Of a DNA stretch of 64,000 nucleotides, positions 37,009 to 48,552 are shown in pieces. The stretch is from Leptolyngbyaceae cyanobacterium (GTDB lineage Bacteria > Cyanobacteriota > Cyanobacteriia > Phormidesmidales > Phormidesmidaceae). The notes beneath the pieces are model-generated. The model was given only the letters and a program-made list of their open reading frames with translations, was not told the origin of the DNA and did no database searches. The stretch is from assembly GCA_965263355.1 (NCBI GenBank), contig CBDHHL010000032.1, forward strand, positions 2,528,001 through 2,592,000. Direction: 5' to 3'. The position numbers and the translations under genes were made by a program. The number at the start of each line of letters is the position of its first letter. Within the stretch, counting starts at the first letter, position 1.

Positions 37009-38181
37009 ATGTTCAACCGGCGTCGCTTTCTCGTGCTCAGTAGCCTAACCATTGGAGCCTGTTCCAGTCGCCCCATCGCTGAATCGATTACGACCAGCAG
37101 CTCCCCCGAAGCCGCCAGTACTTCTTCTGCTCCCGTTACCCCTGCTGCCCCCAAACGCCATCCCAACTTTGGTAAAGCCATTGGCCCTGAAGAACTCTTT
37201 GCCCCCAAACGTGGCGATGTGCGCGCCGTGGTGATCAGTGACCTCAATTCCCGCTATGGCTCTGTAGACTACCGTCGTGAAGTGATGAAAGGCGTCTCCA
37301 TTCTGCCCGAGTGGGAGCCAGATATTGTGTTATGCGTGGGTGATATGGTGGCAGGCCAAACCACGTTTATGAGTACTCCCGAGGTGGAAGCCATGTGGGA
37401 CGGGTTTGATAGCCTGATTCTTAAGCCGATTCGAGCGGCAGATATTCCCTATGCGCTGACCATTGGTAATCACGATGCGTCCAGCCAAACCTACGAAGAT
37501 GGCAGCTATATTTACACCATTGATCGCGAGGTGACCACCCGTTACTGGCAGGCGCACCAAAATGAGTTGGACCTGCAGTATGTTGACACTGGCGATTTTC
37601 CTTACTATTACAGCTTTAAGCAGAACGATATTTTTTATATCGTGTGGGATGCGTCTTCGGCCAATGTGCCCGCTGCTCAGGTAACTTGGGCGGATAAACA
37701 GTTGGGCAGTGCCGCTGCTCAGGAGGCAAAATTTCGCATTGCTATTGGGCATTTGCCGTTGTATGCCATTTCCCAGGGGCGCGATCGCTACGGCGAATTC
37801 CTCAATGACGCCGACCAACTGCAGGCCGTATTAGAGCGTCACAATGTCCACACCTATATGAGCGGCCACCACCACGCTTACTATCCTGGTCACGCTGGCA
37901 ATCTAAACCTGCTTCACTGCGGAGCCCTTGGCAGCGGTCCTCGCACCTGGCTTTATCGCACCGATGCTGCCATGCAAACCCTGACGGTACTAGACTTTTT
38001 CTTTGATACTGGCGAGACCGTTTACACCACCTACAACATGAATCAGATGGCTCTAGTGGACACAGAGACCCTACCAAGACAGATCGTTGGACCCACCGGA
38101 CGTGTCCTAAGAAACGACGTTACTTTATCTGACTTGACAGCGGAAGAACAAGGACAGACCTACGTTCGAAGTGACAACTAA
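37009..38181 (+). CDS. Tat-exported calcineurin-like metallophosphoesterase (putative lipoprotein)
   Basis: NRRRFL twin-arginine motif, IGAC lipobox, SDLN, GDMVAG, GNHD, GH.P, SGHHH. Confidence 0.88.
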   Translation: MFNRRRFLVLSSLTIGACSSRPIAESITTSSSPEAASTSSAPVTPAAPKRHPNFGKAIGPEELFAPKRGDVRAVVISDLNSRYGSVDYRREVMKGVSILPEWEPDIVLCVGDMVAGQTTFMSTPEVEAMWDGFDSLILKPIRAADIPYALTIGNHDASSQTYEDGSYIYTIDREVTTRYWQAHQNELDLQYVDTGDFPYYYSFKQNDIFYIVWDASSANVPAAQVTWADKQLGSAAAQEAKFRIAIGHLPLYAISQGRDRYGEFLNDADQLQAVLERHNVHTYMSGHHHAYYPGHAGNLNLLHCGALGSGPRTWLYRTDAAMQTLTVLDFFFDTGETVYTTYNMNQMALVDTETLPRQIVGPTGRVLRNDVTLSDLTAEEQGQTYVRSDN

Positions 38182-38316
38182 GTGCTTTCTCGGATTACCT
38201 TTGTGTCTTTTGTGTCATGAAGTGACAACTAAATTGATACGGAATCTACTGTTAAATCACGTATAAGGAAAAGTTGTGCCAATAATTTGTCTCTAAAGGC
38301 GAATTAGTCATAATTC

Positions 38317-38577
38317 ATGCCTTCTGTGGTGGTTAAGCAAATCCGTTCGTGGCAAATTCCTCCTAATGTACCGAACCAGCCAGCCGAATTAGCAATCGGA
38401 GCAACTGTCCGGTTAGCCATAGAATTTGATGGCCATGGCTATTGCTTGTTAGCTACAGAAATTGATGGAGTCTATACCCTGAGCGACTGGTATCCATCCC
38501 TAAAAGCCGCTGAAGAAGAAGCGGCCCAAACATTTGGGCCAAAATCAAAGGATTGGGAAACGATGGGTTTGCAATAA
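38317..38577 (+). CDS. small hypothetical protein
   Basis: 86-aa ATG ORF filling the gap before glgB; DW...L..A...A...FG.....W pattern. Confidence 0.55.
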   Translation: MPSVVVKQIRSWQIPPNVPNQPAELAIGATVRLAIEFDGHGYCLLATEIDGVYTLSDWYPSLKAAEEEAAQTFGPKSKDWETMGLQ

Positions 38578-38580
38578 TTT

Positions 38581-40881
38581 CTACGCCAACCCAGATGGGG
38601 CTGCCGATGCTGTTTTTGTCGGATCCAGCTTAAACACTACCGTTGCCAATGGAGGCAGGGTCAAGTCCAATGAATAGGGTCGATTGTGATAGGTCCAATC
38701 ATCAGACCATTTGCCGCCTAAATTGCCCATGTTGCTACCACCAAATTCGCGGGCATCACTATTAAAGATTTCATGGTAGTAGCCCTTGCCAGGTACACCA
38801 ACACGATAGTGACTGTGGGGCTGTGGGGTGAAGTTGCAAACAATCACAAGAAACTCATTGCTATCTTTAGCACGGCGAATAAAGGACACAACGCTATGTT
38901 TGTTATCGCTGCAGTCAATCCATTCAAATCCTTGCTGGTCAAAGTCTTGAGTATAAAGGGCAGCTTCACTACGATAGGTAGAATTAAGCTGCGCTATAAA
39001 TGTTTTGAGTTCTTTATGGGATTGATACTGAAGTAGATGCCATTCCAGGTCGCCCCAAACGTTCCACTCACTCCACTGGCCAAACTCCATGCCCATAAAC
39101 AGAGTTTTCTTACCCGGATGCATAAACATATAAGTATAGAGACAGCGCAAGTTGGCATACTTCTGCCATTCGTCACCGGGCATTTTGCCAATCATGTTGC
39201 TCTTGCCATGCACCACCTCATCGTGGGATAGCGCCAGCATAAAGTTTTCGCTAAAGGCATACCAGATGCTAAAGGTAACATTGTTCTGGTGGAACTGACG
39301 AAACCAGGGATCCATGCCGAAATAGTCCAGCATGTCATGCATCCACCCCATGTTCCACTTGAGATTAAAGCCAAGACCACCCACATAGGTGGGCCATGAC
39401 ACCATCGGCCAGGATGTCGACTCTTCGGCAATGGAGACAATGCCAGGATAGTAAGTAAACAATAAATGGTTTACCTGACGTAAACAGTTGGCCGCTTCAA
39501 TATGTTCACGACCGCCATAATCATTGGCAACCCATTCGCCATGTTTACGCTGGTAGTCCAGGTAGAGCATAGAGGCCACAGCGTCTACGCGAATGCCGTC
39601 AATGTGGTACTTGTCAAACCAGAAGAGAGCATTGGCCACGAGAAAATTACGCACCTCATTGCGGCCATAGTTAAAAACCAGGGTGCCCCATTCCTTGTGT
39701 TCACCTTTGCGGGGGTCGGCATGCTCGTAAAGATGGGTACCATCAAAGAATGATAGGCCATGACCATCCTTAGGAAAGTGCCCAGGGACCCAGTCTATAA
39801 TTACCCCGATGCCGTTTTGATGGCACTGATCGATGAGGTACATTAAACCGTCAGGAGAACCATAGCGAGAGGTGGCGGCATAGTAACCCGCTACTTGATA
39901 CCCCCAGGAACCATCAAATGGATGCTCGGCTATGGGTAATAGCTCAATGTGGGTGAAGCCCAGTTCTTTAACGTAGGGAATCAGCCGTTCAGCAAGTTCT
40001 CGATAGGTGAGAAAACGGGCTCCAGGTTTTAGGTCTGCAACCGTGACAACCGGGGCTTCAGTACCGTCTGGTTGTTGGGCGGGGGTGCCAGATGATTCAT
40101 GCATCCAAGACCCCAGGTGTAATTCATACACTGAGATGGGGCTGGATAAAGGGTCCTGGTGACGACGTGTTTCCAGCCAAATGCTATCTTGCCAGTCGTA
40201 GCTGTCGAGATCGGTTACGATCGATGCGGTTTTGGGGCGTACCTCATGTTGGAAACCATAGGGGTCAGCTTTTTCATAGATATGACCTGCATGGTTTTTG
40301 ATTTCATATTTATAGTGGGCCCCAACGGTCAGCTCGGGAATAAACAAGCCCCAGATGCCACCATAGCCAATGTTCATCTGGTGCTGGCGACCGTCCCAGC
40401 TGTTAAATTCTCCCAATACTGATACATTGCGGGCATTGGGTGCCCATACAGCAAAATAGACACCGGTTACACCATCAATTGTTGTGATGTGTGCTCCTAG
40501 TTTTTCGTAAATACGGTGGTGATTCCCTTCGCCAAATAGGTGGGCGTCATATTCAGTGACTAGCGGAGACTGGAACGCATAGGGATCGTAGATAACCTTT
40601 TCACGTTCATCTGAACAATAACGCAACTGGTAGCTAGCTAAATCTTCAACATCGAGCACACATTCAAAAAAATCCTCATGATGGTCATTAACCATCGGCA
40701 CTTCCTGACGGCTGTCGGGCAGTATGACCCAGGCAGACTCGGCTTTAGGTAAATAAGCACGTACTGTCCATTTATCTTTACCATCCATCTGAATACGATG
40801 GGGGCCTAGCACCTCGTAAGGATTGTGGTGATAATTGCCAACAATCCGATCGATTTGCTCTGAGGCCGTTGTTAATGCCAT
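38581..40881 (-). CDS. glgB: 1,4-alpha-glucan branching enzyme
   Basis: [64 protein letters not shown]. Confidence 0.98.
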   Translation of the reverse strand: MALTTASEQIDRIVGNYHHNPYEVLGPHRIQMDGKDKWTVRAYLPKAESAWVILPDSRQEVPMVNDHHEDFFECVLDVEDLASYQLRYCSDEREKVIYDPYAFQSPLVTEYDAHLFGEGNHHRIYEKLGAHITTIDGVTGVYFAVWAPNARNVSVLGEFNSWDGRQHQMNIGYGGIWGLFIPELTVGAHYKYEIKNHAGHIYEKADPYGFQHEVRPKTASIVTDLDSYDWQDSIWLETRRHQDPLSSPISVYELHLGSWMHESSGTPAQQPDGTEAPVVTVADLKPGARFLTYRELAERLIPYVKELGFTHIELLPIAEHPFDGSWGYQVAGYYAATSRYGSPDGLMYLIDQCHQNGIGVIIDWVPGHFPKDGHGLSFFDGTHLYEHADPRKGEHKEWGTLVFNYGRNEVRNFLVANALFWFDKYHIDGIRVDAVASMLYLDYQRKHGEWVANDYGGREHIEAANCLRQVNHLLFTYYPGIVSIAEESTSWPMVSWPTYVGGLGFNLKWNMGWMHDMLDYFGMDPWFRQFHQNNVTFSIWYAFSENFMLALSHDEVVHGKSNMIGKMPGDEWQKYANLRCLYTYMFMHPGKKTLFMGMEFGQWSEWNVWGDLEWHLLQYQSHKELKTFIAQLNSTYRSEAALYTQDFDQQGFEWIDCSDNKHSVVSFIRRAKDSNEFLVIVCNFTPQPHSHYRVGVPGKGYYHEIFNSDAREFGGSNMGNLGGKWSDDWTYHNRPYSLDLTLPPLATVVFKLDPTKTASAAPSGLA

Positions 40882-41668
40882 AAAAGTCTTAACCTAAGCG
40901 TGTATAAAACGTGCTTTTAAATAAGAGGGATGCGCTAAAGCACTGTCTTTGCTCGCGCAAAGACTATGAAGATTAGGTTAACAGAACGTTTCCCAGTGAC
41001 ATCGTCTCCATAGATGGTTCCAAGAAGTATTAACCCAAAGGTGACCTTCACTTTACATTACTTTACGGCAAATTCTTTGACGAGCTCCTTGTAGAGACTG
41101 CGTACAAATCTAGAAGCTGTGGCGGCTCTACGAAGCTTATCCTTTTCGTTTGGCCTAGCGTACTTGTAGTGCAATCTGAGGGATGCGACATGTCTGGGTA
41201 CGTCCATATGCTTTGCTGCAGCATTGACAAGTTGATGATTTAGCCAATGGTTCTGTTTTGAATCGCCTAATGTATCAGTGAATAGGATGAGATCGCAGCT
41301 GCATCTGGCTTATCTGCCTTATTAAAAATATTTTTGTAACGGCAATAAGCCCTAACCTGAATTTGACTAACCAGTCTAACGTCTTTCCCATTTTTCTTAA
41401 GCTAGTCCATCCACAGATATGAGTACGAGCCAGTAGGTTCTAAGACGTAACAATCAGCCTCTTGTTATGTAGGCAGGGGGGCCATACCGGTAAACTCGTC
41501 CGGATTTTGATTCTCGTATGTATGGGTTTAAAAAGCTATCCCATCTGGTGAAGTATAGAAGTGATCTGTTTGTTACAGAAGAACGGGCTACCAATGGAAC
41601 AAATCAAAAGGCACTATACATCAGGACAAAATAATCAAGGATGTTTGGTTACTCTGACGCTGCCCGAT

Positions 41669-42148
41669 CTAGGAGACATCACGCTTCTCTCGCTTAAGCT
41701 TAGCTCTGCGTCGCAATAGGCTCAAGGTTAATTTATTGTCCTGCTGACGATATTGCATAATCCAAAAGGCTTGCCCACTCCATAGGCTTGCTCGATAGGA
41801 TGGCCATGCACAATTAAGTCCATGCCAAATATTCTTTTTCAGCCTTGCTGCTGGAGGTTTTCCATCGGAGATCGCAACCATCCGCTCCCGCAAATCTTCA
41901 TCAACACCGACGGGCATCTGTTCCTCAATCACTCGGGCATAAATAATGGCTCTTAACTGCCGATGCTCGTGCCGATGCAGCGTGAGTAAACCAGTGACAA
42001 CGTTATCTAAAAAGTATAAAAACTTAGGGTTTGTCCACTGAAATAACCCATGCTCAAAACATTGAAAAATTAATGGCTCTGCTTCTATCCAATCATGGTG
42101 TTCTAACTGGTTTAATTGGACGATGGGATTGGGGTTGTGCGATCTCAT
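41669..42148 (-). CDS. hypothetical protein
   Basis: 159-aa ORF with GGAGG RBS, 12 bp downstream of the 42161 ORF. Confidence 0.6.
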   Translation of the reverse strand: MRSHNPNPIVQLNQLEHHDWIEAEPLIFQCFEHGLFQWTNPKFLYFLDNVVTGLLTLHRHEHRQLRAIIYARVIEEQMPVGVDEDLRERMVAISDGKPPAARLKKNIWHGLNCAWPSYRASLWSGQAFWIMQYRQQDNKLTLSLLRRRAKLKREKRDVS

Positions 42149-42160
42149 GGTATCAACCTC

Positions 42161-42520
42161 CTAGTTCCAGGGTAACCAACCATTTAATCGCTTGGCCATC
42201 ACAAATGCATCAGCCGTAGTTTGTCTAGGGTCAGACAGATCTTCCATAGTTTCCTCAGTGATAGTGTAACCATCACCCCAAACATTCATTTCTTCTGCAT
42301 TGCCGAGGTCTACCTCTTTTCGGGGCTTACCCATCTCAAACTTAGCTGCACCATTAACCATCATGTAAACCACCTGGGGCGCATTCAGTGCTTTAAGATC
42401 GTCCATCAAGCTACGGTAGCTGCCATCAAAGTGATCTAAGGCTTCCTGCAGAATAGCTAGCTCTGCCGGTTCCAAGTGGGCTGCTATTTCGCTCGGGACT
42501 GACCTGGGTTGTTTAGCCAT
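42161..42520 (-). CDS. hypothetical protein
   Basis: 119-aa ATG ORF with globular composition; no recognised motif. Confidence 0.6.
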   Translation of the reverse strand: MAKQPRSVPSEIAAHLEPAELAILQEALDHFDGSYRSLMDDLKALNAPQVVYMMVNGAAKFEMGKPRKEVDLGNAEEMNVWGDGYTITEETMEDLSDPRQTTADAFVMAKRLNGWLPWN

Positions 42521-42774
42521 GACGTTTGCTTTAGTTTTGACTAGTTAAACTGACGGCAACCCTATAGATATTTCCATAATTCCTTGTGGAAACGAAGTTG
42601 CTTTCTTTTAGGTCAGGCCAGAAGGAAATGCCCTACGCAGAAGCCCGTATGGATGAGCCGGCTAGCATTAAGCTACACGCCCGAATAATACTTTTATTAA
42701 AGATTAAAGTATGTAACAATCGCCGTCTGTTATGAGCCACGTCCAAGTTGAAACCTGTAGGTTCTTCCTTTTCC

Positions 42775-43221
42775 TTATGGCAAAAACGGAATTACTGGCT
42801 TAAAGGCCCGTCGAGCATCTAACAGCAGCAGGATAAAGCTAATTTCTGGGGTGAGATTAAGGGTACGGGTGGTTTGGGCGGTAGCCAGGTCTGCTTGTAG
42901 CTGGGTATAGTCCGCTGGGGATAGGGGGATGCCATCTAATGGAGAGCGGGCTTCAAAAATAATTTCTGTCCTCAATATTTCTTCTGGCACATCGTCAGCA
43001 GGGGGAAGCACAATCTGATCTATAGTGACTCCCGAAGTCGTAGCAGGATTAACGATAGGGCTAGACGAACGGACTGGGGAACTAATGGATTGGGCCAGGC
43101 TCCAATCACTGAGGTTAAACCACAGTCCAATACAGCCAATACTAATCCCAAAGACTTTCTGCCAGGACATCATAGGTTTACAGAGATGTTTGGATGGAAA
43201 ATTTCCGCTATCGTGATGCAT
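42775..43221 (-). CDS. conserved cyanobacterial exported hypothetical protein
   Basis: Signal-like segment followed by LPP.DD.PEEILRTEII.EARSP.DG.PL...Y. Confidence 0.7.
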   Translation of the reverse strand: MHHDSGNFPSKHLCKPMMSWQKVFGISIGCIGLWFNLSDWSLAQSISSPVRSSSPIVNPATTSGVTIDQIVLPPADDVPEEILRTEIIFEARSPLDGIPLSPADYTQLQADLATAQTTRTLNLTPEISFILLLLDARRAFKPVIPFLP

Positions 43222-43233
43222 TGCTATTTATGA

Positions 43234-43980
43234 TTGCTGCTGTGGGCAGCGCTAAGGAGTTCTATGCCTAGCTTTTCCATATTTAGTTTAATCGGTCGTT
43301 TAGCCCCTGTGGGTACAGCCTTATCACTATGGACCATGGCTGTCCCTGGGATGGCTCAGACAATTCTTGAAGAGCAAGTTGAGTTTCAGCCGCAGCAAGA
43401 TACGTATACGTTTATGGCCGATGCAGGTCAAACCGTCATCATTGAGATGATTAGCGAGGAGTTTGATACGTTTATTACGCTATTAAACCCGGCTGGTGAA
43501 ATCCTGGAGCAGAATGACGATTACAACGGTACGTCTCAGGCCACTATCGTTGCAAATTTGCCAGAGAGTGGTGAGTATACTTTGCTGGCTGGGTCATTTT
43601 ATGGACAGCTGGGGGGTAACTATCGGGTTTCTGTAAAACCGGCTACTGACTATCAGTGGGTATATGACCGGGCTTTGGAGTTAATGCAGTCTGAGGACTA
43701 CGGTGAAGCGGCTGAGGCTTACGCAGCGGCCATAAAGCTGCAGCCTAATCAACCAGATTCGTATTTGGGTAGAGCCGATGCCCTATTACGTCAGCAGGCG
43801 CTTTTACTGGGAGAAGAGTTTCGTGGGCCGGATGATTTGTCTGAGGAAACCCGTGCGAACATTGTGGAAAATTACGAAAAAGCAGCTCAGCTCTACACGG
43901 CTAATGGTCAAGGGGATTTTGCTGCCCTGATTCGAGAACAGGCAGAGTTTGTTCGGTCTGGTCAATTGCCTGAACGCTGA
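43234..43980 (+). CDS. exported PPC (pre-peptidase C-terminal) domain + TPR protein
   Basis: Signal peptide, YTF...AGQ.V.I.M.S..FDT...L..P.G....NDD, then TPR helices; start probably slightly downstream. Confidence 0.8.
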   Translation: MLLWAALRSSMPSFSIFSLIGRLAPVGTALSLWTMAVPGMAQTILEEQVEFQPQQDTYTFMADAGQTVIIEMISEEFDTFITLLNPAGEILEQNDDYNGTSQATIVANLPESGEYTLLAGSFYGQLGGNYRVSVKPATDYQWVYDRALELMQSEDYGEAAEAYAAAIKLQPNQPDSYLGRADALLRQQALLLGEEFRGPDDLSEETRANIVENYEKAAQLYTANGQGDFAALIREQAEFVRSGQLPER

Positions 43981-44316
43981 TTGAAGGCCTTGAGGGGATT
44001 GCGCAAAAATTAAATTCTCATTTTTACCATTAATACGCTTCAATTTTTTTAGATTTATGGGAAATTGGCTATTTCTTTACACGATGGTCAAAACTTTCCG
44101 GATGGCCATGGGTCTTTAAGAATGTGTGAATGAGTAGATGAACCTTGACATATCCCTCACAGATAATGCTGGGGGATTTTTTTTGTCGTTAATTACCTCA
44201 AAGTTGAATCCTTGCGAATTACTAGTCGACCGTATTCCCCCCTCACTGCCTGAGCCAAAATTTTGAACTTGACGAATTACTAGTAGTATTGTGGGCAATG
44301 CTGTTGCGCTGATACT

Positions 44317-45291
44317 GTGCCTATGCCTTTATCGTTTGAGCAGGCCAGCCGATATGAACTGTTAAAGTTGGTTAAAGAGTTAACCCACAAGCTAGAGGTG
44401 TCGGAGGCCCAAAAGCATGATTCGGAGATTTTGTTAGATACGGTTGTGGAGCATTCCACTTTATTGGAACATGAGCTTCAGCAGGCGGAACGCCATGTCA
44501 GGGAACTGAACGGGGTTTTAGAAGAACGGGTCAAACAGCGAACGGCAGAATTAGAAGCGGCCAATCGCAATTTAGCGAGGGAAATTGCTGAACGCAAACA
44601 GGCCCAGGAAGAGGCTTTGACCCTAGCTCAACAGGTACTACAACAGCGTTCTTTAACCATTGAACGGATCTATGAGGCGGTGCATAATGGTCCCTTGCAG
44701 GAACTAGCAGTGCTGCTGCGTGCAGATATTAGTTCGTTTTCGGATCAGCAACTGCGATCGCAACTCCAAAAAGTCAACACCGATCTCCGAGGCATTTATC
44801 AATCCATGCGTGGAGCCGTTGATAATCATAATGAAATCCTTTGTTTAGAGGGTGGGTTGACCCTGGATCTCAGCACCGACTTACCTGGCCTGCTATTACA
44901 AACCTTTGAACATACCCTAGAAAGAGACTTTCCAGGGTTTAAGACAATTCTGTTTCAGATTACTCCAGACTTTAGCCCCCTGGCGATAACGTCATTATCC
45001 CTGGACCATAAACGTGGACTCTGTCTCTTTTTGCAGGAGGCCCTGTGCAATGTAGGCAAACATGCCCTGGGCACCACCCGGTTAGACGTGCTCTGTAAAC
45101 AACATCAAGATAGCTATTACCTGGGGATTGTTGACAACGGTCAAGGAATGAGCCTGGATATGGACTCAGGGTCTGATCAGCAAGGAACCCGTCAGGCAAA
45201 ACGGTTGGCTGACAGTCTAGCGGGCACCTTTCAGCGGCGCTGTAATGTGCCTCAAGGCGTGCGATGTGAGTTGGTGTGGCCAGCAGGCTAG
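44317..45291 (+). CDS. soluble sensor histidine kinase (HisKA_3-like + HATPase)
   Basis: Coiled coil LEERVKQRT.EL, H-box HNGPLQ, N-box QEALCNV.KHA, DNGQG, QGT.QA. Confidence 0.85.
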   Translation: MPMPLSFEQASRYELLKLVKELTHKLEVSEAQKHDSEILLDTVVEHSTLLEHELQQAERHVRELNGVLEERVKQRTAELEAANRNLAREIAERKQAQEEALTLAQQVLQQRSLTIERIYEAVHNGPLQELAVLLRADISSFSDQQLRSQLQKVNTDLRGIYQSMRGAVDNHNEILCLEGGLTLDLSTDLPGLLLQTFEHTLERDFPGFKTILFQITPDFSPLAITSLSLDHKRGLCLFLQEALCNVGKHALGTTRLDVLCKQHQDSYYLGIVDNGQGMSLDMDSGSDQQGTRQAKRLADSLAGTFQRRCNVPQGVRCELVWPAG

Positions 45292-45365
45292 ATGGGAGGT
45301 TGCCAATGTTGGCAACCTGTTTCCGTCAGGTTTCCTGATTTGGAATATAACTCGATTTTTGGTTC

Positions 45366-45743
45366 GTGATACTAGGTTACATAGCACTCACGACCATCGG
45401 GTATCGCACCATGCAAGACTATCCTTCCTACACACGTCTCAATAGTTACGACCTTAAGGCTCTATCAAATTATCAGCAGAGCCCAACTGTAGCCGTTAGA
45501 CAAGCCGTTAGCCAGTGGCCTGCACAGCAACCTGTTACGGATCTGGCCAAATCAGAGCTGAGGACAAGCAATGTCCATAACGAAATGTCTGGTTCTGTAA
45601 TGGATTGTTTAATGCCCCTTGGTCTGATTATGTTTTTGCTTTTATCTAGCAGCGTATTGTTGGGCTTTACTGCAGATCGATTGGCCCGAGGAATGATTAT
45701 GCTAATAGAGCATCAAGCTAAGCTAGAAGTTGTTGTTCGCTAA
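45366..45743 (+). CDS. hypothetical protein with one TM segment
   Basis: ORF between kinase and regulator; hydrophobic C-terminal helix. Confidence 0.35.
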   Translation: MILGYIALTTIGYRTMQDYPSYTRLNSYDLKALSNYQQSPTVAVRQAVSQWPAQQPVTDLAKSELRTSNVHNEMSGSVMDCLMPLGLIMFLLLSSSVLLGFTADRLARGMIMLIEHQAKLEVVVR

Positions 45744-45857
45744 TCTAAAGTTGATCCTCTAAATAGGGTTGCCTGGTGAGCGTAGAATTTGCTGTTAGTT
45801 TTTTATGGCTAATGGTAATAGCCATTATGGTGGTGCAATCGGTTGCAGGAAACTAGT

Positions 45858-46535
45858 ATGGACTCAGCCAGAGAGATTTCGAATAAGCAAATTTTTTTGG
45901 TCGTTGACGATCATGAAGCGGTCTTGCAAGGTACGGTTCCTGCCCTGCAGAAGGCCTATCCTTGGGCGGATATTTTTACAACCCAGGATTATGAATCAGC
46001 GATGCAGATGATGGCTAAGGTGCAGCCTGAGCTGATGGTGGTTGATCTCAGTATTCCAGAGCGGGCGGGTGAGATGGCCACCCCGGATGTGGGATTGCGG
46101 TTGGTAGAGACATTATTGACTAGCAAGTTAGCCCCTAATATTGCGGTACTGAGTACGGATATTAATCCTCTGGTGCGATTAAAGGCCATTATTAAGGTAT
46201 CGGGGTATGAGGGGGGCTTCGCGGCGATGGATAAGTCGTTGCCGTTGCAGGAAATGCTGAACTATGTTGACTTTGCTATGCGGGGTTCAGTGTATTTGCC
46301 ACAAAAGGTAAAGTCCCGCCCTGAGTTCCATCCCAAATGGCTAGAGCTGCTACAGTTGCGGTTTCAGGAAGGGTTGACGGACAAAGCGGTGGCCAAACGC
46401 ATGGGGACTAGCGATCGCACCATTCGTAACTACTGGGTGCGAATCCAGGATGCATTGCTAATTGGCGATGAACCGGACAAAGACTTAAAGGTACAAATTG
46501 AAATTGAAGCTCGTAAGATCGGGTTGATTCATTAG
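45858..46535 (+). CDS. NarL/LuxR-like response regulator
   Basis: VVDDH, VVDLS phosphoacceptor, C-terminal HTH GLTDKAVAKRM..S.RT.RNYW. Confidence 0.9.
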   Translation: MDSAREISNKQIFLVVDDHEAVLQGTVPALQKAYPWADIFTTQDYESAMQMMAKVQPELMVVDLSIPERAGEMATPDVGLRLVETLLTSKLAPNIAVLSTDINPLVRLKAIIKVSGYEGGFAAMDKSLPLQEMLNYVDFAMRGSVYLPQKVKSRPEFHPKWLELLQLRFQEGLTDKAVAKRMGTSDRTIRNYWVRIQDALLIGDEPDKDLKVQIEIEARKIGLIH

Positions 46536-46628
46536 AATCTCGTCTTTGTCTAGGGTAGCGATCAAATGATCAGTCAGTAGTTGGTCCCAATTAGCTATCA
46601 GATATCGAGGCTCCCTTCAAAGGAACTC

Positions 46629-46800
46629 AGATCTTGCACCTGGCAAAGAAGCGTTACCCTGCCCTGGTTTTTAAACCCAGGGCTAGCTGGTCAAAACCCA
46701 CTAGAAGGGGTTCGTAGCTTGTAGGTGATCCCAATTAGCATGAGTAGTTTTGTCACTTTAGCGACAGCACCCAATTAGCGTTGGGTTTTGAACCCAGCGC
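46629..46800. repeat. dispersed repeat with REP-like hairpins
   Basis: AGATCTTGCACCTGG head shared with 36769; hairpins GCCCTGGTTTTTAAACCCAGGGC and GCGTTGGGTTTTGAACCCAGCGC. Confidence 0.55.
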
Positions 46801-47351
46801 CCAGAATTGGAAGTAAGGACAGATTCTAGACCATTAAACGGTTTGTTTGTATCTTGTAAAAGATTGAGTTCATTTGCTTAATAACCGCTAAACACCCGAG
46901 AGAATCTAAAACTAATCAAAAGATATTTAAGACCATTACCAATACTCAAATATTCAAGCAAAGTTTACTAAGGTTATCAGACCTAATCGAAGATATACAC
47001 GTTTGGCAAGACGAAAAATAAAGACTGAATTAATTAACATTGTCAATTGCTTCAGAAATGTTAATTCCAGAATGCTGGGCATTGATTTCAGTTCAATTTC
47101 AAAAAATGTTAACTTGCCAGAGATTAAGTGTTTGTACGGTTATTAGATATAATCAACTCTTCTTATTCTGAGAATAATTCTTTTTTTAGATTTTACCCTT
47201 AAATTTATTCAATTTTGTGGGTAGTGTTTCATGTGTTGTTTTACATGTATAAAGACTTTTAATTCAAATTAAAAAGAGATTTTTTATCCTGCTATATACA
47301 AATTTTGAGATCCGTAAAAACCCTTATGAACAATACACATAGGAGCCTGCT

Positions 47352-48479
47352 ATGCAAAACTCAGAGGTTGTTGTGCCTCACCTTTCTTCTCAAACACCTT
47401 GCTTGGCCAGCGCCCAGTATCAGCAGACGGATTCAAAAAATATTCTATTGATTGAAGACAAATTGGGCGATGTGTTTTTAATTAATTGGTTCTTGGGCCA
47501 AGAAGTCACACTTATGTTTGAGCTAACTTATGTTGACTCACTCACTGTAGCCATGCAATCTCTCAGTAGAGAGTACTTTGATGTTGTGCTAGTAGATTTA
47601 GAGCTACCGGACAGTCAAGGAATAGATACCTTGCTAAATATACGTAGGAAATATCCTAATATACCCATTGTTGTCCTGGCTGACTCAGAGGATGAGGCAC
47701 TGGCCACTCAGTTGTTGAGGTATGGTGCCCAAGACTATTTGATTAAAGAAAAAATTAGTCAACCTTGGTTGAAGAAAACGATTACACTAGCGATCGCCAG
47801 ATCGCAGTGGGAGAACCAGCAACACCAGCACAAGCAACAGTTGGAACAATCTAATCAAGTCTTAAAAGATGAAATTAGTGATTGCAAGGGTGAGCTTGAT
47901 TCCTTAAGAGAAACGTTGCAAAATCTGTCAACTATCGCCTCAACCGATGGACTGACCGGCATTGCTAATCGTTATTGTTTTGAGAAATATCTGGAGCAAG
48001 AGTGGTTACAAGCCTATCAGACCCAAAAACCGCTCTCGCTAATTATGATCGACCTGGATTATTTTAAGCAATATAACGACAGCTGTGGCCACCTACAAGG
48101 TGATATATGTTTGCGGCAGGTTGCTCAATCTTTTCATAAACGTCTAAAGAAACCAAGAAAATTAATAGCCCGCTATGGAGGCGAAGAGTTTGTAGTAGTT
48201 TTACCTGATACATCTATCCATGAGGCGAGTAGCGTTGCGAGAAATCTAGGATGGGGTATTAGAGCCTTAGCTATTCGTCATCCGAGTTCAGTCATAAGCA
48301 GTTGGGTAACTGCCAGTTTTGGGGTGGCTTCAGCGCTACCAAAATCCCCTATTTCACCTGCCAAGCTAATAGATGAGGCCGATCGCGCCCTATATCTAGC
48401 GAAAGCAAAGGGGCGCGATCTCGTTGCCTATTTTCAACTATCATCTCTTGTCACTCAGCCAATTAGCTGTGCAACCTGA
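47352..48479 (+). CDS. receiver-GGDEF diguanylate cyclase
   Basis: REC domain (LLIED, VDLELPD, GAQDYL.K), coiled coil, DGLTG..NR, D.D.FK.YND..GH..GD, RYGGEEF. Confidence 0.93.
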   Translation: MQNSEVVVPHLSSQTPCLASAQYQQTDSKNILLIEDKLGDVFLINWFLGQEVTLMFELTYVDSLTVAMQSLSREYFDVVLVDLELPDSQGIDTLLNIRRKYPNIPIVVLADSEDEALATQLLRYGAQDYLIKEKISQPWLKKTITLAIARSQWENQQHQHKQQLEQSNQVLKDEISDCKGELDSLRETLQNLSTIASTDGLTGIANRYCFEKYLEQEWLQAYQTQKPLSLIMIDLDYFKQYNDSCGHLQGDICLRQVAQSFHKRLKKPRKLIARYGGEEFVVVLPDTSIHEASSVARNLGWGIRALAIRHPSSVISSWVTASFGVASALPKSPISPAKLIDEADRALYLAKAKGRDLVAYFQLSSLVTQPISCAT

Positions 48480-48552
48480 AGAAATTGAGATTACCAAGGG
48501 ACGGGACGAGGATCAACGTTAGCCGGGAAATTTCGGTTAGGTCAGAAGTCGG

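Noticed and set aside
40882..41668. Possible ncRNA or riboswitch upstream of glgB
   Set aside because: No recognisable conserved structure or motif by eye; it would need an Rfam scan.
48500..48530. GTTAGCC as another attC right end
   Set aside because: No matching R'' or L boxes upstream.
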